Assembly: GCA_964597895.1 (NCBI GenBank)
Contig: CAZQZS010000003.1
Span: forward strand, 4,315-68,314
Origin: an uncultured Candidatus Saccharibacteria bacterium
Lineage (GTDB): Bacteria; Patescibacteriota; Doudnabacteria; UBA920
Direction: 5' to 3'
DNA: 64,000 nucleotides
The first letter of the stretch is position 1; every line of letters starts with the position of its first letter. Below, one piece after another: positions 12,374-20,998 of this stretch. Both the position numbers and the translations under genes were made by a program. The notes below the pieces were generated by a model. That model saw nothing but the letters and a program-made list of their open reading frames with translations, was not told the origin of the DNA and searched no databases.

Positions 12374-13344
12374 TGAACCTCGTCAATCTCACCGAACAAT
12401 CTAAACAGGATTACGAGCAATTTTTAGCCGCAGCGCGCGGCTCTTTTTTGCAGAGTTGGGAGTGGGGCGAATTCCAAGCCTCATTAAATCAAAAAGTTTT
12501 TCGTTTTGCACTGGTGCAGGATCAGCAAATCAAAATCGCTGCGCAATTCATTGAACAAACTATTCCGCACTTAGGAGGCAAATATTTATACGCGCCTCAT
12601 GGACCGAATGGTGACCTGCAACTAACTCAAAAGTTCTTAAATGAAATTGCACACCAGTTCCCTGACTATTGGTTTATAAGAGTTGAGCCGACTAAAGAAC
12701 TACCAAACTTTGGAGAACCAACCCTAAGAATTCAACCTGGAAAAACGTTAGTGATTGACTTGTCGAGAAGTGAAGATGAGCTACAAAAAAACATGCACCA
12801 AAAAACCAGGTACAATATTAGAGTTGCTCAGAAACATGGTGTAGAAATATCGACCTTAGAAAATTCAGAACAAATCTCTGAAGCTATTAAGCTCATTTCG
12901 GAAACTAGTAAACGGCAAAATTTTACTGATCACCCAGCAAGTTATTACCAAGCTTTGGCAAAATTAGTTCATACTCCTGCAACCGGTCTTGAAATCAAAA
13001 TTTCCACTGCTCAGTATAAAGGCCAGCTTTTAAACTGTGCGATTTTTGTTGATTCTTTGGAAACTCGTACTTATTTATTCGGTGGAAGCAGCGATCAGTA
13101 CCGCAATGTCATGGCTCCATATCTACTACACTGGCATGCAATTCAAGACGCAAAAAATTCTGGCAAAAAATTCTATGACTGGTGGGGCATCGAAACCGCT
13201 ACAGGCAAAACCCCGGGGTTTGCCCGATTTAAATTAGGCTGGGGAGGAAAAGAAATTACTTATCCGCAACCACAAGATAGTGTGATTAAACCAATCCATT
13301 ATCAGATCTATAAATTCTTGCGCATTCTTAATCGTTTATTTTAA
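12373..13344 (+). CDS. FemAB-family peptidoglycan interpeptide-bridge aminoacyltransferase (FemX-like)
   Basis: 323 aa. Contains the Fem-family C-terminal motif 'GFARFKLGWGG'. Start overlaps the ruvA stop (TAATG). Confidence 0.75.
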   Translation: MNLVNLTEQSKQDYEQFLAAARGSFLQSWEWGEFQASLNQKVFRFALVQDQQIKIAAQFIEQTIPHLGGKYLYAPHGPNGDLQLTQKFLNEIAHQFPDYWFIRVEPTKELPNFGEPTLRIQPGKTLVIDLSRSEDELQKNMHQKTRYNIRVAQKHGVEISTLENSEQISEAIKLISETSKRQNFTDHPASYYQALAKLVHTPATGLEIKISTAQYKGQLLNCAIFVDSLETRTYLFGGSSDQYRNVMAPYLLHWHAIQDAKNSGKKFYDWWGIETATGKTPGFARFKLGWGGKEITYPQPQDSVIKPIHYQIYKFLRILNRLF

Positions 13345-13353
13345 AATTAAACA

Positions 13354-14643
13354 ATGAAAGCATTTCTACGTAAATTTATCCCCAAAAGTCTCTATCTAGC
13401 TTTAGCTCCAATTTATCATGGCACTATGGCATTTTTGGCTGCTCTATATTATGGCTCTCCTGCTAAAGAAATGCAGATCATTGGAGTGACAGGTACTTCA
13501 GGAAAGTCCACCACAGTGATTATGCTAGCGCATATTCTAAACAACTCAGGGGTTCGTACTGGCTACATTACAACTGTTAGCTCTTTTGATGGGCGCACAG
13601 AGAGTATCAATCAACATGGTCTTTCTATGCCTGGCCCGTTGCTGCTGCAAAAGACTTTGCATGACTTTGCGGCAAAGGGTTGTAAGTACGTTATCATGGA
13701 AGCAACTTCTGAAGGCTTGGCACAAAACCGGCATCTGTCAATTAAATTTGAAGGGGCTTTATTTACTAACTTAACCCCAGCCCATCTAGACAGTCATGGT
13801 AGTTTTGAAAACTATCGCAAGGCCAAAGGGCGACTCTTTGAATCTCTGAGTAGTCATGGGTTTATCGGGGTAAATGTAGACGACCCTAACCACAGCTACT
13901 TCGCATCCTTCCCAGCACGCAAAAAATTCGGCATCTCTATAAGAGATGATAAAACTGCTCAAACAGAAATTCCTATCCTTAAAGCTACCAACATCCAAGT
14001 CGGAGAACAATTACAGTTCGCTGTTGAAGGTCAGGAATTCAGTCTTAACATCAAAGGTTCTTTCAATATTGCCAATGCTTTATTGGCTATTGGCGCAGCG
14101 CAAACTTTAGGCATAAGTTTAGAGCAAAGCGCAGCTGCCATGAAACAGTTCGGCGGGACAAAAGGGAGGATGGAAATAATTCCGAATGAACGCAACCTCA
14201 CAATTATAGTTGACTACGCCCCCGAGCCAGCTAGCATGGAAGCAAGCCTGCGCGCTGCACTGCTGATTCCTCATAAAAAACTTATTCATATTTTTGGTTC
14301 AACCGGTGGTCACCGCGATGTTGGCAAGCGATTTGAATTTGGAAAAATCTCTGCTCAATTCGCAGATACAATAATCATCACCAATGACGACGTATATGAG
14401 TCTAACCCAGAAGAGATTGCTGCAAATATTGAACAAGGTATTAATCAAACAGCGACCAAGAAGGTTAACGAAATTATTAAAATCTTAGATCGAAAAGAAG
14501 CAATAAAAAAGGCTCTGCAGATTGCAGAACCAACAGACATCATTCTAATCACCGGCAAAGGCAGCGAGCAGTTTTTGGTGCTGCCAAACAACCAACGCAT
14601 TGAATGGGACGAACGCCAAGTTATTGAAGATTTGCTAAGATAA
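13354..14643 (+). CDS. Mur ligase family protein, MurE-like (UDP-MurNAc-peptide amino acid ligase)
   Basis: Contains the P-loop GVTGTSGKSTT, 'MEATSEGLAQNR' (compare the MurE 'MEVSSHGL.QGR' block), and 'VDYAPEPASMEASL' (compare the Mur ligase 'DYAH.P.S' block). The N-terminal domain is shortened. Confidence 0.75.
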   Translation: MKAFLRKFIPKSLYLALAPIYHGTMAFLAALYYGSPAKEMQIIGVTGTSGKSTTVIMLAHILNNSGVRTGYITTVSSFDGRTESINQHGLSMPGPLLLQKTLHDFAAKGCKYVIMEATSEGLAQNRHLSIKFEGALFTNLTPAHLDSHGSFENYRKAKGRLFESLSSHGFIGVNVDDPNHSYFASFPARKKFGISIRDDKTAQTEIPILKATNIQVGEQLQFAVEGQEFSLNIKGSFNIANALLAIGAAQTLGISLEQSAAAMKQFGGTKGRMEIIPNERNLTIIVDYAPEPASMEASLRAALLIPHKKLIHIFGSTGGHRDVGKRFEFGKISAQFADTIIITNDDVYESNPEEIAANIEQGINQTATKKVNEIIKILDRKEAIKKALQIAEPTDIILITGKGSEQFLVLPNNQRIEWDERQVIEDLLR

Positions 14644-14648
14644 GAAAA

Positions 14649-14671
14649 CCGCTACCCCAAAGTGGTAGCGG
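14649..14671. terminator. Perfect 8-bp hairpin between convergent genes (no T-run)
   Basis: ccgctacc-ccaaagt-ggtagcgg. It overlaps the stop codon of ORF 14652..15050. Confidence 0.4.
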
Positions 14672-15050
14672 TCATGAATTTGGACTCTTTGGAAGATTGG
14701 TTCTTCTGCGGAGCTACTTTTGGGAAACATTGCGCTGCCAAAGAATTTTTTAACTCTTTCGAAAAACGCATATAGTGACGGGTGCTTTTCACCACCAAGC
14801 GCTGCTCGAGCAGCAGATAGAGACCTTCAATTTTTACTTTGGTCGGAATTTTGTCCCTGCCCTGATCGGAACTGGCTTGGTAAAAGTGGTTGATTAGACG
14901 TTTGAGAGAGACAAAATGAAACCGATCATTGTTATGCTCTTGGCAAAAAGCTAGCATGTCGGCTATCGCGAATTCTGCGCCCTTAGTCTTCACCGGGAGC
15001 GCCATTCGAATTTGTTTCAGATTGATTGTCTGAAAATCGCTTGGCTTCAT
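14652..15050 (-). CDS. Hypothetical Lys-rich protein (132 aa)
   Basis: The ORF fills the gap between convergent genes. I recognise no domain. Its C-terminus is encoded by the hairpin. Confidence 0.35.
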   Translation of the reverse strand: MKPSDFQTINLKQIRMALPVKTKGAEFAIADMLAFCQEHNNDRFHFVSLKRLINHFYQASSDQGRDKIPTKVKIEGLYLLLEQRLVVKSTRHYMRFSKELKNSLAAQCFPKVAPQKNQSSKESKFMTATTLG

Positions 15051-15110
15051 CCCTTACCTCCGTTATATTGAAATAAAACAACCCTAATACTATACCTATT
15101 TTTTAAACTT

Positions 15111-15518
15111 TTGTCAACCATGCTCTTATATATCAATACAGCTGACTTTAAAAGCTTGCAAATTGCTATGATTTCCAAAGAAAAAACCGTAGTTCATCAG
15201 CAGGATGTAGCTTTCAATGAAAATTATAAAACCCTTGAACTAATCCAAAAGTTTTTAGGCAAACAGGGTTATCCCTTATCAAAAATAAAAAGAGTCATTG
15301 TAAACAGCGGTCCCGGCTCTTTTACAGGAATCAGGGTTGGAGTGGCCTTGGCTCAAGCTTTGGGGTTAGGACTAAACATACCTGTCCTGGCCATTCCTGC
15401 AGAAAAGGTTCCCGAAGATTTGAACAAACTAATAAATCTTAAGCCGTCAAAAAAATTATCGCTTCACTACGGCGCAGAGCCGAATATTACAAAGCCCAAA
15501 TCAATAAATAAATTTTGA
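15111..15518 (+). CDS. tsaB: TsaB/YeaZ-like protein, truncated (N-terminal half only)
   Basis: 135 aa. Contains 'GPGSFTGIRVGVALAQALGLGLNIP', the hallmark TsaB/Kae1-family motif. A typical TsaB is about 220 aa. Confidence 0.6.
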   Translation: MSTMLLYINTADFKSLQIAMISKEKTVVHQQDVAFNENYKTLELIQKFLGKQGYPLSKIKRVIVNSGPGSFTGIRVGVALAQALGLGLNIPVLAIPAEKVPEDLNKLINLKPSKKLSLHYGAEPNITKPKSINKF

Positions 15519-15666
15519 GCTAAGCTTCCACAATTTTGAAGGTTGCCGGGCGAAACAAATTTTGAGGAGTCGTCATTGCTACGCAGAAAAATTTTTTCGG
15601 TCGGCTAGCCCAAAATTTGGAAACTTGGACAAAAGGGGTTATTAATTTGGGCTTCTAACCAAAAAG

Positions 15667-15699
15667 AAAACGCGTTAGCCAAAGCTTCCGCGTTTTTTA
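15667..15699 (+). terminator. Rho-independent terminator
   Basis: Hairpin aacgcg...cgcgtt followed by TTTTTT. Confidence 0.55.
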
Positions 15700-15766
15700 T
15701 TTGAGCACCTGTTGCTGGTTATTTCAAACGGCACCCAAATCCTAATTACTCAGGCTAGACCAAAGA

Positions 15767-16195
15767 CTATAGATTACTTCTCCGGACCATCCGGTGATAG
15801 CTCCGACCCAAGACGGCCAAAAGACCAATGGTCAGTAACAGCGCACCCGCCAGCAGAGACGGAGCAATGATTACCCAAGCTGGTCGGTAATGATAAGCCG
15901 GCAAGGCGATTCCAAGAGACAAGAGCAACCATGCCCCGAAGAGCCATTGATTGGGATTAAACTCGGCTATTTCGGACTTAGGTAAAAATTCACCTAACTC
16001 CTTACTCGGACCGAGTCGATAAGCCGATAAGAATGAATAGACCGCCGCGAGCGATAGCGAAGAGAGTGTGACCCAAAGAGTTGTAAGACGGGCGTCGAGG
16101 CGGTCTGTAAAATGCAGCCAGTAACCCACAGTAGCAACCATTACCCAAACAAGCTTGACCGAATTCCAAAGTAATTGCTTTAGTTGTTGATTCAT
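15767..16195 (-). CDS. Hypothetical integral membrane protein (last gene of the ABC-2 operon)
   Basis: 142 aa with four hydrophobic segments. It lies downstream of the permease gene. Confidence 0.55.
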   Translation of the reverse strand: MNQQLKQLLWNSVKLVWVMVATVGYWLHFTDRLDARLTTLWVTLSSLSLAAVYSFLSAYRLGPSKELGEFLPKSEIAEFNPNQWLFGAWLLLSLGIALPAYHYRPAWVIIAPSLLAGALLLTIGLLAVLGRSYHRMVRRSNL

Positions 16196-16250
16196 ATGAC
16201 CTCCTACATCTTTTTTGACTTCAAAGTATATATAAATTTGCTCGGACTGT

Positions 16251-17000
16251 CTAGTCTGGCTTGAGACGGAAGAATAAAGCCACTAACACGCTAACAACAG
16301 CCACCCAGATTAATAAAGCCAAGGCGTCAACACCCCAATCACCCCAAGTACCTGAATTCAGGTATACACTTCGTATTCCATCAGCTAAATACGCAGTTGG
16401 TAGTATTTTTGCAACATATTGAAAAGCTTTTGGTAATACATCAACCGGATAAAAAATATTTCCTAAAAAAGTAAGAGGTAAGCCAATCGCGGTTGTGATA
16501 GGTGCAGCTGCCTCGTAAGTATCTGCGAAAGTTGAGATGAGTAAGCCCATCAAGAGGAAGATCGGAGCTCCCAATGCGGCGAAGCCTAATGCAAACCAAA
16601 TGCTTGAGCCAATCTGTGCACCAAAGAACAGCCAACCCACTAAACTTAAAAATAAGACTTGCAATAGCGCTACGATGACCCTACTTATTAAAACTGAGGC
16701 GACTAAATCCCTAGACTTCAGAGGGGTGACTAAAAACCGCTTAATCACATTACGAGTTCTTAAATCAATAAACCAGTAAGCCAGCCCATAAATGCCGCCC
16801 TGCATTATAGTCATGGCAATTATGCCAGGTAGAACATAAGAAGAATAGTTGATATCAGAACCAATAAAGCGCCCGATTGGTAAAATTGATAGAGCAACGT
16901 AAATAATCACGGGCATCACTAAAGTAAAAAACAAGCCAGTGCGGTTACGATATAGTAACCGAAAATTCATTAGCAACAGTTGAAGGAAAGGTGAGTTCAT
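16251..17000 (-). CDS. ABC-2 type transporter permease
   Basis: 249 aa with six hydrophobic segments. It is translationally coupled to the upstream ATPase gene (2-nt gap). Confidence 0.85.
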   Translation of the reverse strand: MNSPFLQLLLMNFRLLYRNRTGLFFTLVMPVIIYVALSILPIGRFIGSDINYSSYVLPGIIAMTIMQGGIYGLAYWFIDLRTRNVIKRFLVTPLKSRDLVASVLISRVIVALLQVLFLSLVGWLFFGAQIGSSIWFALGFAALGAPIFLLMGLLISTFADTYEAAAPITTAIGLPLTFLGNIFYPVDVLPKAFQYVAKILPTAYLADGIRSVYLNSGTWGDWGVDALALLIWVAVVSVLVALFFRLKPD

Positions 17001-17001
17001 A

Positions 17002-17949
17002 TTAATCTTCGTAGACCTTACCAGTTAAATCTAAATACACATCTTCTAGGCTTGCTGTGCGGACAGTAAAACTGCTGAAGGAAATTTGTTTGTCGCGAAG
17101 CAGTTTAACAACGTCTCCCACCACATCAAGATTTTTAATTTCTAGAACTACTTTAGGATAGCTACTATAAACTTTTTCAATCGAAGGGATAGCCTTAAAA
17201 ACTTCTTCATCTAATTCTTGCTCAGTCAGAAAAGAAATTTGAGTGGTATGAGACAAATCTTCGATTAAAGTTTTAGGATTGTTGATTGCTAAGATTTTTC
17301 CGGAGTCCATTATTGCAACGCGGTCGCAGAGGTACTCTGCTTCTTCCATATAATGCGTAGTTAGTACAATCGTAATCCCTTGCTCATTGACTTTGCGAAT
17401 CAGCTCCCAAACATCGCGGCGAGCACGAGGGTCAAGGCCTGTTGTAGGTTCGTCTAAAAATAAAACTTTTGGTTCATTTACCAATGCGGAAGCCAAAGTA
17501 AAGCGTTGCTTTTGACCACCTGACAAATCTTTTACCAACGAATGTTTTTTACTTTCCAGGTTTACAAACCCTAAAAGTTTATCTATATCTGCCACGCGAC
17601 CGTATAAACCTGCAAACAAATTTAATAGCTCAGCCAAACTCATTGATGGGAGGTAATCGCTAGATTGTAGCTGGACTCCAATTTGCTGTTTGATCTTATC
17701 AGAGTCAGAAATATTATCTAAGTTTAGCACTAAAACCTTGCCTGAGGTCTGCTTGGTAAGGCCTTCTATAATTTCTAAGGTAGTGGTCTTGCCAGCACCG
17801 TTCGGACCTAAAATTCCAAAAATCTCTCCCTGCTCCACTGTAAAAGAAGTACCCTTAACGGCCTCAAAAGAAACTTCCCCGTTGGTACGATCCTTACGAG
17901 GAAGCGGGTATATTTTCTTCAAATTTTCTACAGTAATTACTGCTGACAT
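17002..17949 (-). CDS. ABC transporter ATP-binding protein
   Basis: Contains Walker A GPNGAGKTT, the signature LSGGQKQR and Walker B LFLDEPT. Start placed at the internal Met (MSAVITVENLKKIY), which is preceded by a TGgTATAAT promoter. Confidence 0.9.
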   Translation of the reverse strand: MSAVITVENLKKIYPLPRKDRTNGEVSFEAVKGTSFTVEQGEIFGILGPNGAGKTTTLEIIEGLTKQTSGKVLVLNLDNISDSDKIKQQIGVQLQSSDYLPSMSLAELLNLFAGLYGRVADIDKLLGFVNLESKKHSLVKDLSGGQKQRFTLASALVNEPKVLFLDEPTTGLDPRARRDVWELIRKVNEQGITIVLTTHYMEEAEYLCDRVAIMDSGKILAINNPKTLIEDLSHTTQISFLTEQELDEEVFKAIPSIEKVYSSYPKVVLEIKNLDVVGDVVKLLRDKQISFSSFTVRTASLEDVYLDLTGKVYED

Positions 17950-17955
17950 ACGAAA

Positions 17956-17984
17956 ATTATACCACCAGGACTTGAACAAGTGAA
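17956..17984 (-). promoter_or_regulatory. Extended -10 promoter TTCACT-17-TGgTATAAT, 6 nt upstream of the ABC ATPase ATG (leaderless candidate)
   Basis: Minus strand reads ttcactt...tggTATAATtttcgtATG. Confidence 0.45.
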
Positions 17985-18041
17985 GTGGTTACTGGTAAGA
18001 TAGGTTCAGATTTTACCATATCTTTTTAGGAGGAAATACAA

Positions 18042-18287
18042 GTGTACGACGATCCGAAGGTTAAAAAGTTGCCCCGTAACAATGTCTGGAATTGGGACCC
18101 GCCGCCAATCCATGAGCCTAGGGCTTTAGCGGCTACCATTAAAATCAAACCGAATTCCAAAGAGCCGACGACTTTGGCCAAACAGGGATTCGCCCAATCC
18201 TCGTTCATCCTGCTGATCCTTCTACTAATTCTGCTTTCCCTCTTGAACCGCTCCGGCGGTTTTTTCTTTTGCTGTGGTTCTATATAA
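18042..18287 (+). CDS. Small hypothetical protein with C-terminal hydrophobic segment (81 aa, GTG start)
   Basis: A strong SD (AGGAGGA) lies 7 nt upstream of the GTG. The ORF ends 8 nt before the uvrB start. Confidence 0.35.
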   Translation: MYDDPKVKKLPRNNVWNWDPPPIHEPRALAATIKIKPNSKEPTTLAKQGFAQSSFILLILLLILLSLLNRSGGFFFCCGSI

Positions 18288-18295
18288 TAGAGGGT

Positions 18296-20347
18296 ATGAA
18301 GTTCGAATTGAAAACAAACTACCAGCCATCAGGAGACCAACCTAAAGCTATTGCAGGGCTGGTTAAGTCATTGAAAGAAGGCTACAAACACCAAACCCTG
18401 CTCGGAGTAACCGGCTCAGGGAAAACTTTTACCATGGCTAATATTGTTGCAGAAATGCAGAAGCCAACTTTGGTGATGTGCCACAACAAAACTTTGGCCG
18501 CGCAGCTTGCTTCAGAATTTGCGGAATTTTTTCCGAATAACGCGGTTCACTATTTTGTATCCTATTACGATTACTATCAACCCGAAGCCTATATCCCTCG
18601 CTCTGATACTTACATAGAAAAGGATACGCAGATTAATGAAGAAATTGATCGCCTGCGCAATGCTGCCACAACTTCGCTAATGTCCCGCGATGATGTTTTG
18701 ATTGTGGCCTCGGTATCCTGTATCTACGGTTTGGGAAACCCGGCTGACTATTTAGACTTGTCTTTGGAACTTTTGGCTGGTAAAAGCTACAAGCGTGACA
18801 AGCTGCTGCGCCGCCTCACAGATTTGCAGTACAGTCGCAACGACTACGATCTTAAACGCGGCACATACCGCGCCCAAGGCGATACTTTAGAAATTGTGTT
18901 GGCATCCGAAGATACAGTAATAACTCTGCGCTTCTTTGGCGATGACCTAGAAGAGATAGAACGTCGACACATGATAACCGGAGAAACAATAGAAAAACTC
19001 AAAGGCATCAAAATCTTTCCAGCCAAACACTTCGTTACCACGGAAGATAAAATGCATGTGGCCATAGAAAAAATTCGCCAGGAATTGGCAGTGCGTTTAA
19101 AAGAGCTTAAAGCTCAAGGGAAAGTCTTAGAAGCCGCGCGTTTGGAGCAGCGAACCAATTTTGATTTGGAGCTGCTGTCTAACACTGGTTTTGTAGCAGG
19201 CATAGAAAACTACTCACGGCATATGGACGGCCGCCACGAAGGCGAGCCGCCTTCTACATTAATTGATTATTTCCCAGATGATTTTCTTCTTTTCGTTGAC
19301 GAGTCGCATCAAACCATCCCGCAAGTAGGCGCGATGTATAAAGGCGACCGTAGCCGCAAAGAAACCTTGGTTGAATACGGGTTCCGTCTGCCCAGCGCTT
19401 TGGATAATCGTCCTCTGCAGTTTGAGGAGTTTGCAAATAAAATCAGCCAGGTCGTATATGTTTCTGCTACCCCAGCTGACTATGAATTAAAGCATAGTTT
19501 AATTGAAAATGAATTTGTTACTAAAACCAAAACAAAAATGAAGGGTCCCGATGAGTTGCGGAACATTACCGTTCTTGAACAAATCAACCGCCCTACAGGA
19601 CTACTAGATCCGACAATTGAAATCCAGCCCATCCAAAACCAAGTTGACCACTTGCTAGAACAGATTCGCTTGCGAGTCACCAAAGGCGAGCGCGTCTTGG
19701 TGACCACCTTATCCAAACGCATGGCAGAGGAACTTACTGCTTACATAGTTGAGGCAGGAATCAAGGCTCAATATCTTCACTCCGAAGTAGAAACCTTTGA
19801 CCGGCTGGAAACTCTACGTGATCTTCGCTTGGGTGTTTATGATGTAATAGTTGGTATTAATCTTCTACGAGAGGGTCTGGATTTACCAGAGGTTTCTTTA
19901 GTTGCAATCTTAGATGCGGACAAGGAAGGTTTTTTGCGTAGCGAAACTTCGTTTATGCAGATTATGGGCCGAGCCGCCCGCCACCTCCACGGTCATGTCA
20001 TCATGTATGCCGACCGTATTACTGGTTCTATGAAAGCCGCTATAGACGAAACTACTCGCCGTAGAAAAATCCAAGAGGAGTATAATTCGCGGCATGGAAT
20101 AACCCCTGAAAGTATCATCAAGAAAATAGCCGAATCACGCCTGGCCGGCAAGAAAGAATCTCTCCCTGGCAGCGATACTTCGGAAATTGACGCGAGCAAG
20201 CTTAGTAAGGATGAGTTGAAAATCTATTTATTGGAATTGAATGAGCAAATGGATTTAGCCGCTCGCAATCTGGAATTTGAATTAGCAGCCCAGCTGCGCG
20301 ATCGTATTACCGAACTCAAACAGCTCCAAAAGCTAAAGAAAAAGTAG
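18296..20347 (+). CDS. uvrB: Excinuclease ABC subunit B
   Basis: N-terminus 'MKFELKTNYQPSGDQPKAI', Walker A GVTGSGKTFT, helicase motifs, and the C-terminal UVR domain (ELAAQLRDRI). Confidence 0.95.
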   Translation: MKFELKTNYQPSGDQPKAIAGLVKSLKEGYKHQTLLGVTGSGKTFTMANIVAEMQKPTLVMCHNKTLAAQLASEFAEFFPNNAVHYFVSYYDYYQPEAYIPRSDTYIEKDTQINEEIDRLRNAATTSLMSRDDVLIVASVSCIYGLGNPADYLDLSLELLAGKSYKRDKLLRRLTDLQYSRNDYDLKRGTYRAQGDTLEIVLASEDTVITLRFFGDDLEEIERRHMITGETIEKLKGIKIFPAKHFVTTEDKMHVAIEKIRQELAVRLKELKAQGKVLEAARLEQRTNFDLELLSNTGFVAGIENYSRHMDGRHEGEPPSTLIDYFPDDFLLFVDESHQTIPQVGAMYKGDRSRKETLVEYGFRLPSALDNRPLQFEEFANKISQVVYVSATPADYELKHSLIENEFVTKTKTKMKGPDELRNITVLEQINRPTGLLDPTIEIQPIQNQVDHLLEQIRLRVTKGERVLVTTLSKRMAEELTAYIVEAGIKAQYLHSEVETFDRLETLRDLRLGVYDVIVGINLLREGLDLPEVSLVAILDADKEGFLRSETSFMQIMGRAARHLHGHVIMYADRITGSMKAAIDETTRRRKIQEEYNSRHGITPESIIKKIAESRLAGKKESLPGSDTSEIDASKLSKDELKIYLLELNEQMDLAARNLEFELAAQLRDRITELKQLQKLKKK

Positions 20348-20360
20348 TGCAGTTTTCTAG

Positions 20361-20389
20361 TTGACTGCCTGGCTAGCTTGCGATATCAT
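20361..20389 (+). promoter_or_regulatory. Sigma70-like promoter TTGACT-17-TATCAT
   Basis: -35 at 20361-20366 and -10 at 20384-20389, upstream of the small gene at 20410. Confidence 0.45.
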
Positions 20390-20409
20390 CAGCTCAATAT
20401 GGAGGATGT

Positions 20410-20571
20410 ATGGACGAACAAAAAATTTTGGCTGAGCAAAGACTGCTCAAAAACTGGGAGATTATTGCGGTGGTGGTCATTCTGGCTTTCGTAATTTTCG
20501 GAGGCGCAATCTACTCCGTGGTTAACTTTTTTATCCAGTTCATCAGCACAGGATTATCCAAACGACACTAG
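20410..20571 (+). CDS. Small membrane protein (53 aa), not in ORF track
   Basis: MDEQKILAEQRLLKNWEIIAVVVILAFVIFGGAIYSVVNFFIQFISTGLSKRH. It has a GGAGGA SD, its own promoter and its own terminator. Confidence 0.45.
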   Translation: MDEQKILAEQRLLKNWEIIAVVVILAFVIFGGAIYSVVNFFIQFISTGLSKRH

Positions 20572-20577
20572 CACACA

Positions 20578-20603
20578 GCGGCCCAAAGAGGCCGCTTTTT
20601 TAT
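20578..20603 (+). terminator. Rho-independent terminator
   Basis: gcggcc-caaaga-ggccgc followed by TTTTTT. Confidence 0.65.
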
Positions 20604-20608
20604 TAGTC

Positions 20609-20637
20609 TTGCCAATACGCAAAGAAAGTGTTAGAAT
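20609..20637 (+). promoter_or_regulatory. Promoter TTGCCA-17-TGtTAGAAT for rpsT
   Basis: -35 at 20609-20614 and extended -10 at 20629-20637. The 5' UTR is about 60 nt. Confidence 0.5.
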
Positions 20638-20702
20638 AGCAAAGTTATTGCTTTGCTTTTGTGTCTCGAAGGTGAAGGGTAGCGATAATTATAACTATAT
20701 AA

Positions 20703-20969
20703 ATGCCAAATACCTCATCGGCTAAAAAAGCCATGCGTCAATCTAGGCGCCGCAATACCATTAACTTGCGAACCAAATCTAAGTACAAGTCAGCAGTAAA
20801 AGCAACTCGTACCGACATTACTAGCGGCGACGCGAAAGCAGCTGCCGAAAGTTTAAAGAAAGCGATGTCTCAGTTAGACAAAGCGGTCAAGAAGAATGTG
20901 ATTCATAAGAATACTGCTTCTCGCCGCAAGTCCCGCTTGGCTAAAGCGATTGCCAAGATTGGTAAATAA
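20703..20969 (+). CDS. rpsT: 30S ribosomal protein S20
   Basis: 88 aa, basic, with 'SAKKAMRQSRRRN...HKNTASRRKSRLAKAI', typical of S20. Confidence 0.9.
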   Translation: MPNTSSAKKAMRQSRRRNTINLRTKSKYKSAVKATRTDITSGDAKAAAESLKKAMSQLDKAVKKNVIHKNTASRRKSRLAKAIAKIGK

Positions 20970-20998
20970 AAAAAGCCGCCCTCGGGCGGTTTTTTTAT
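20970..20998. terminator. Bidirectional Rho-independent terminator (rpsT / polA convergent)
   Basis: aaaaaa-gccgccc-tc-gggcggt-ttttttt. Confidence 0.7.

Noticed and set aside
18026-18208. ORF 18026..18208(-), 60 aa
   Set aside because: Antisense to the SD-bearing small ORF 18042..18287. No RBS. Sits in an intergenic or promoter region.
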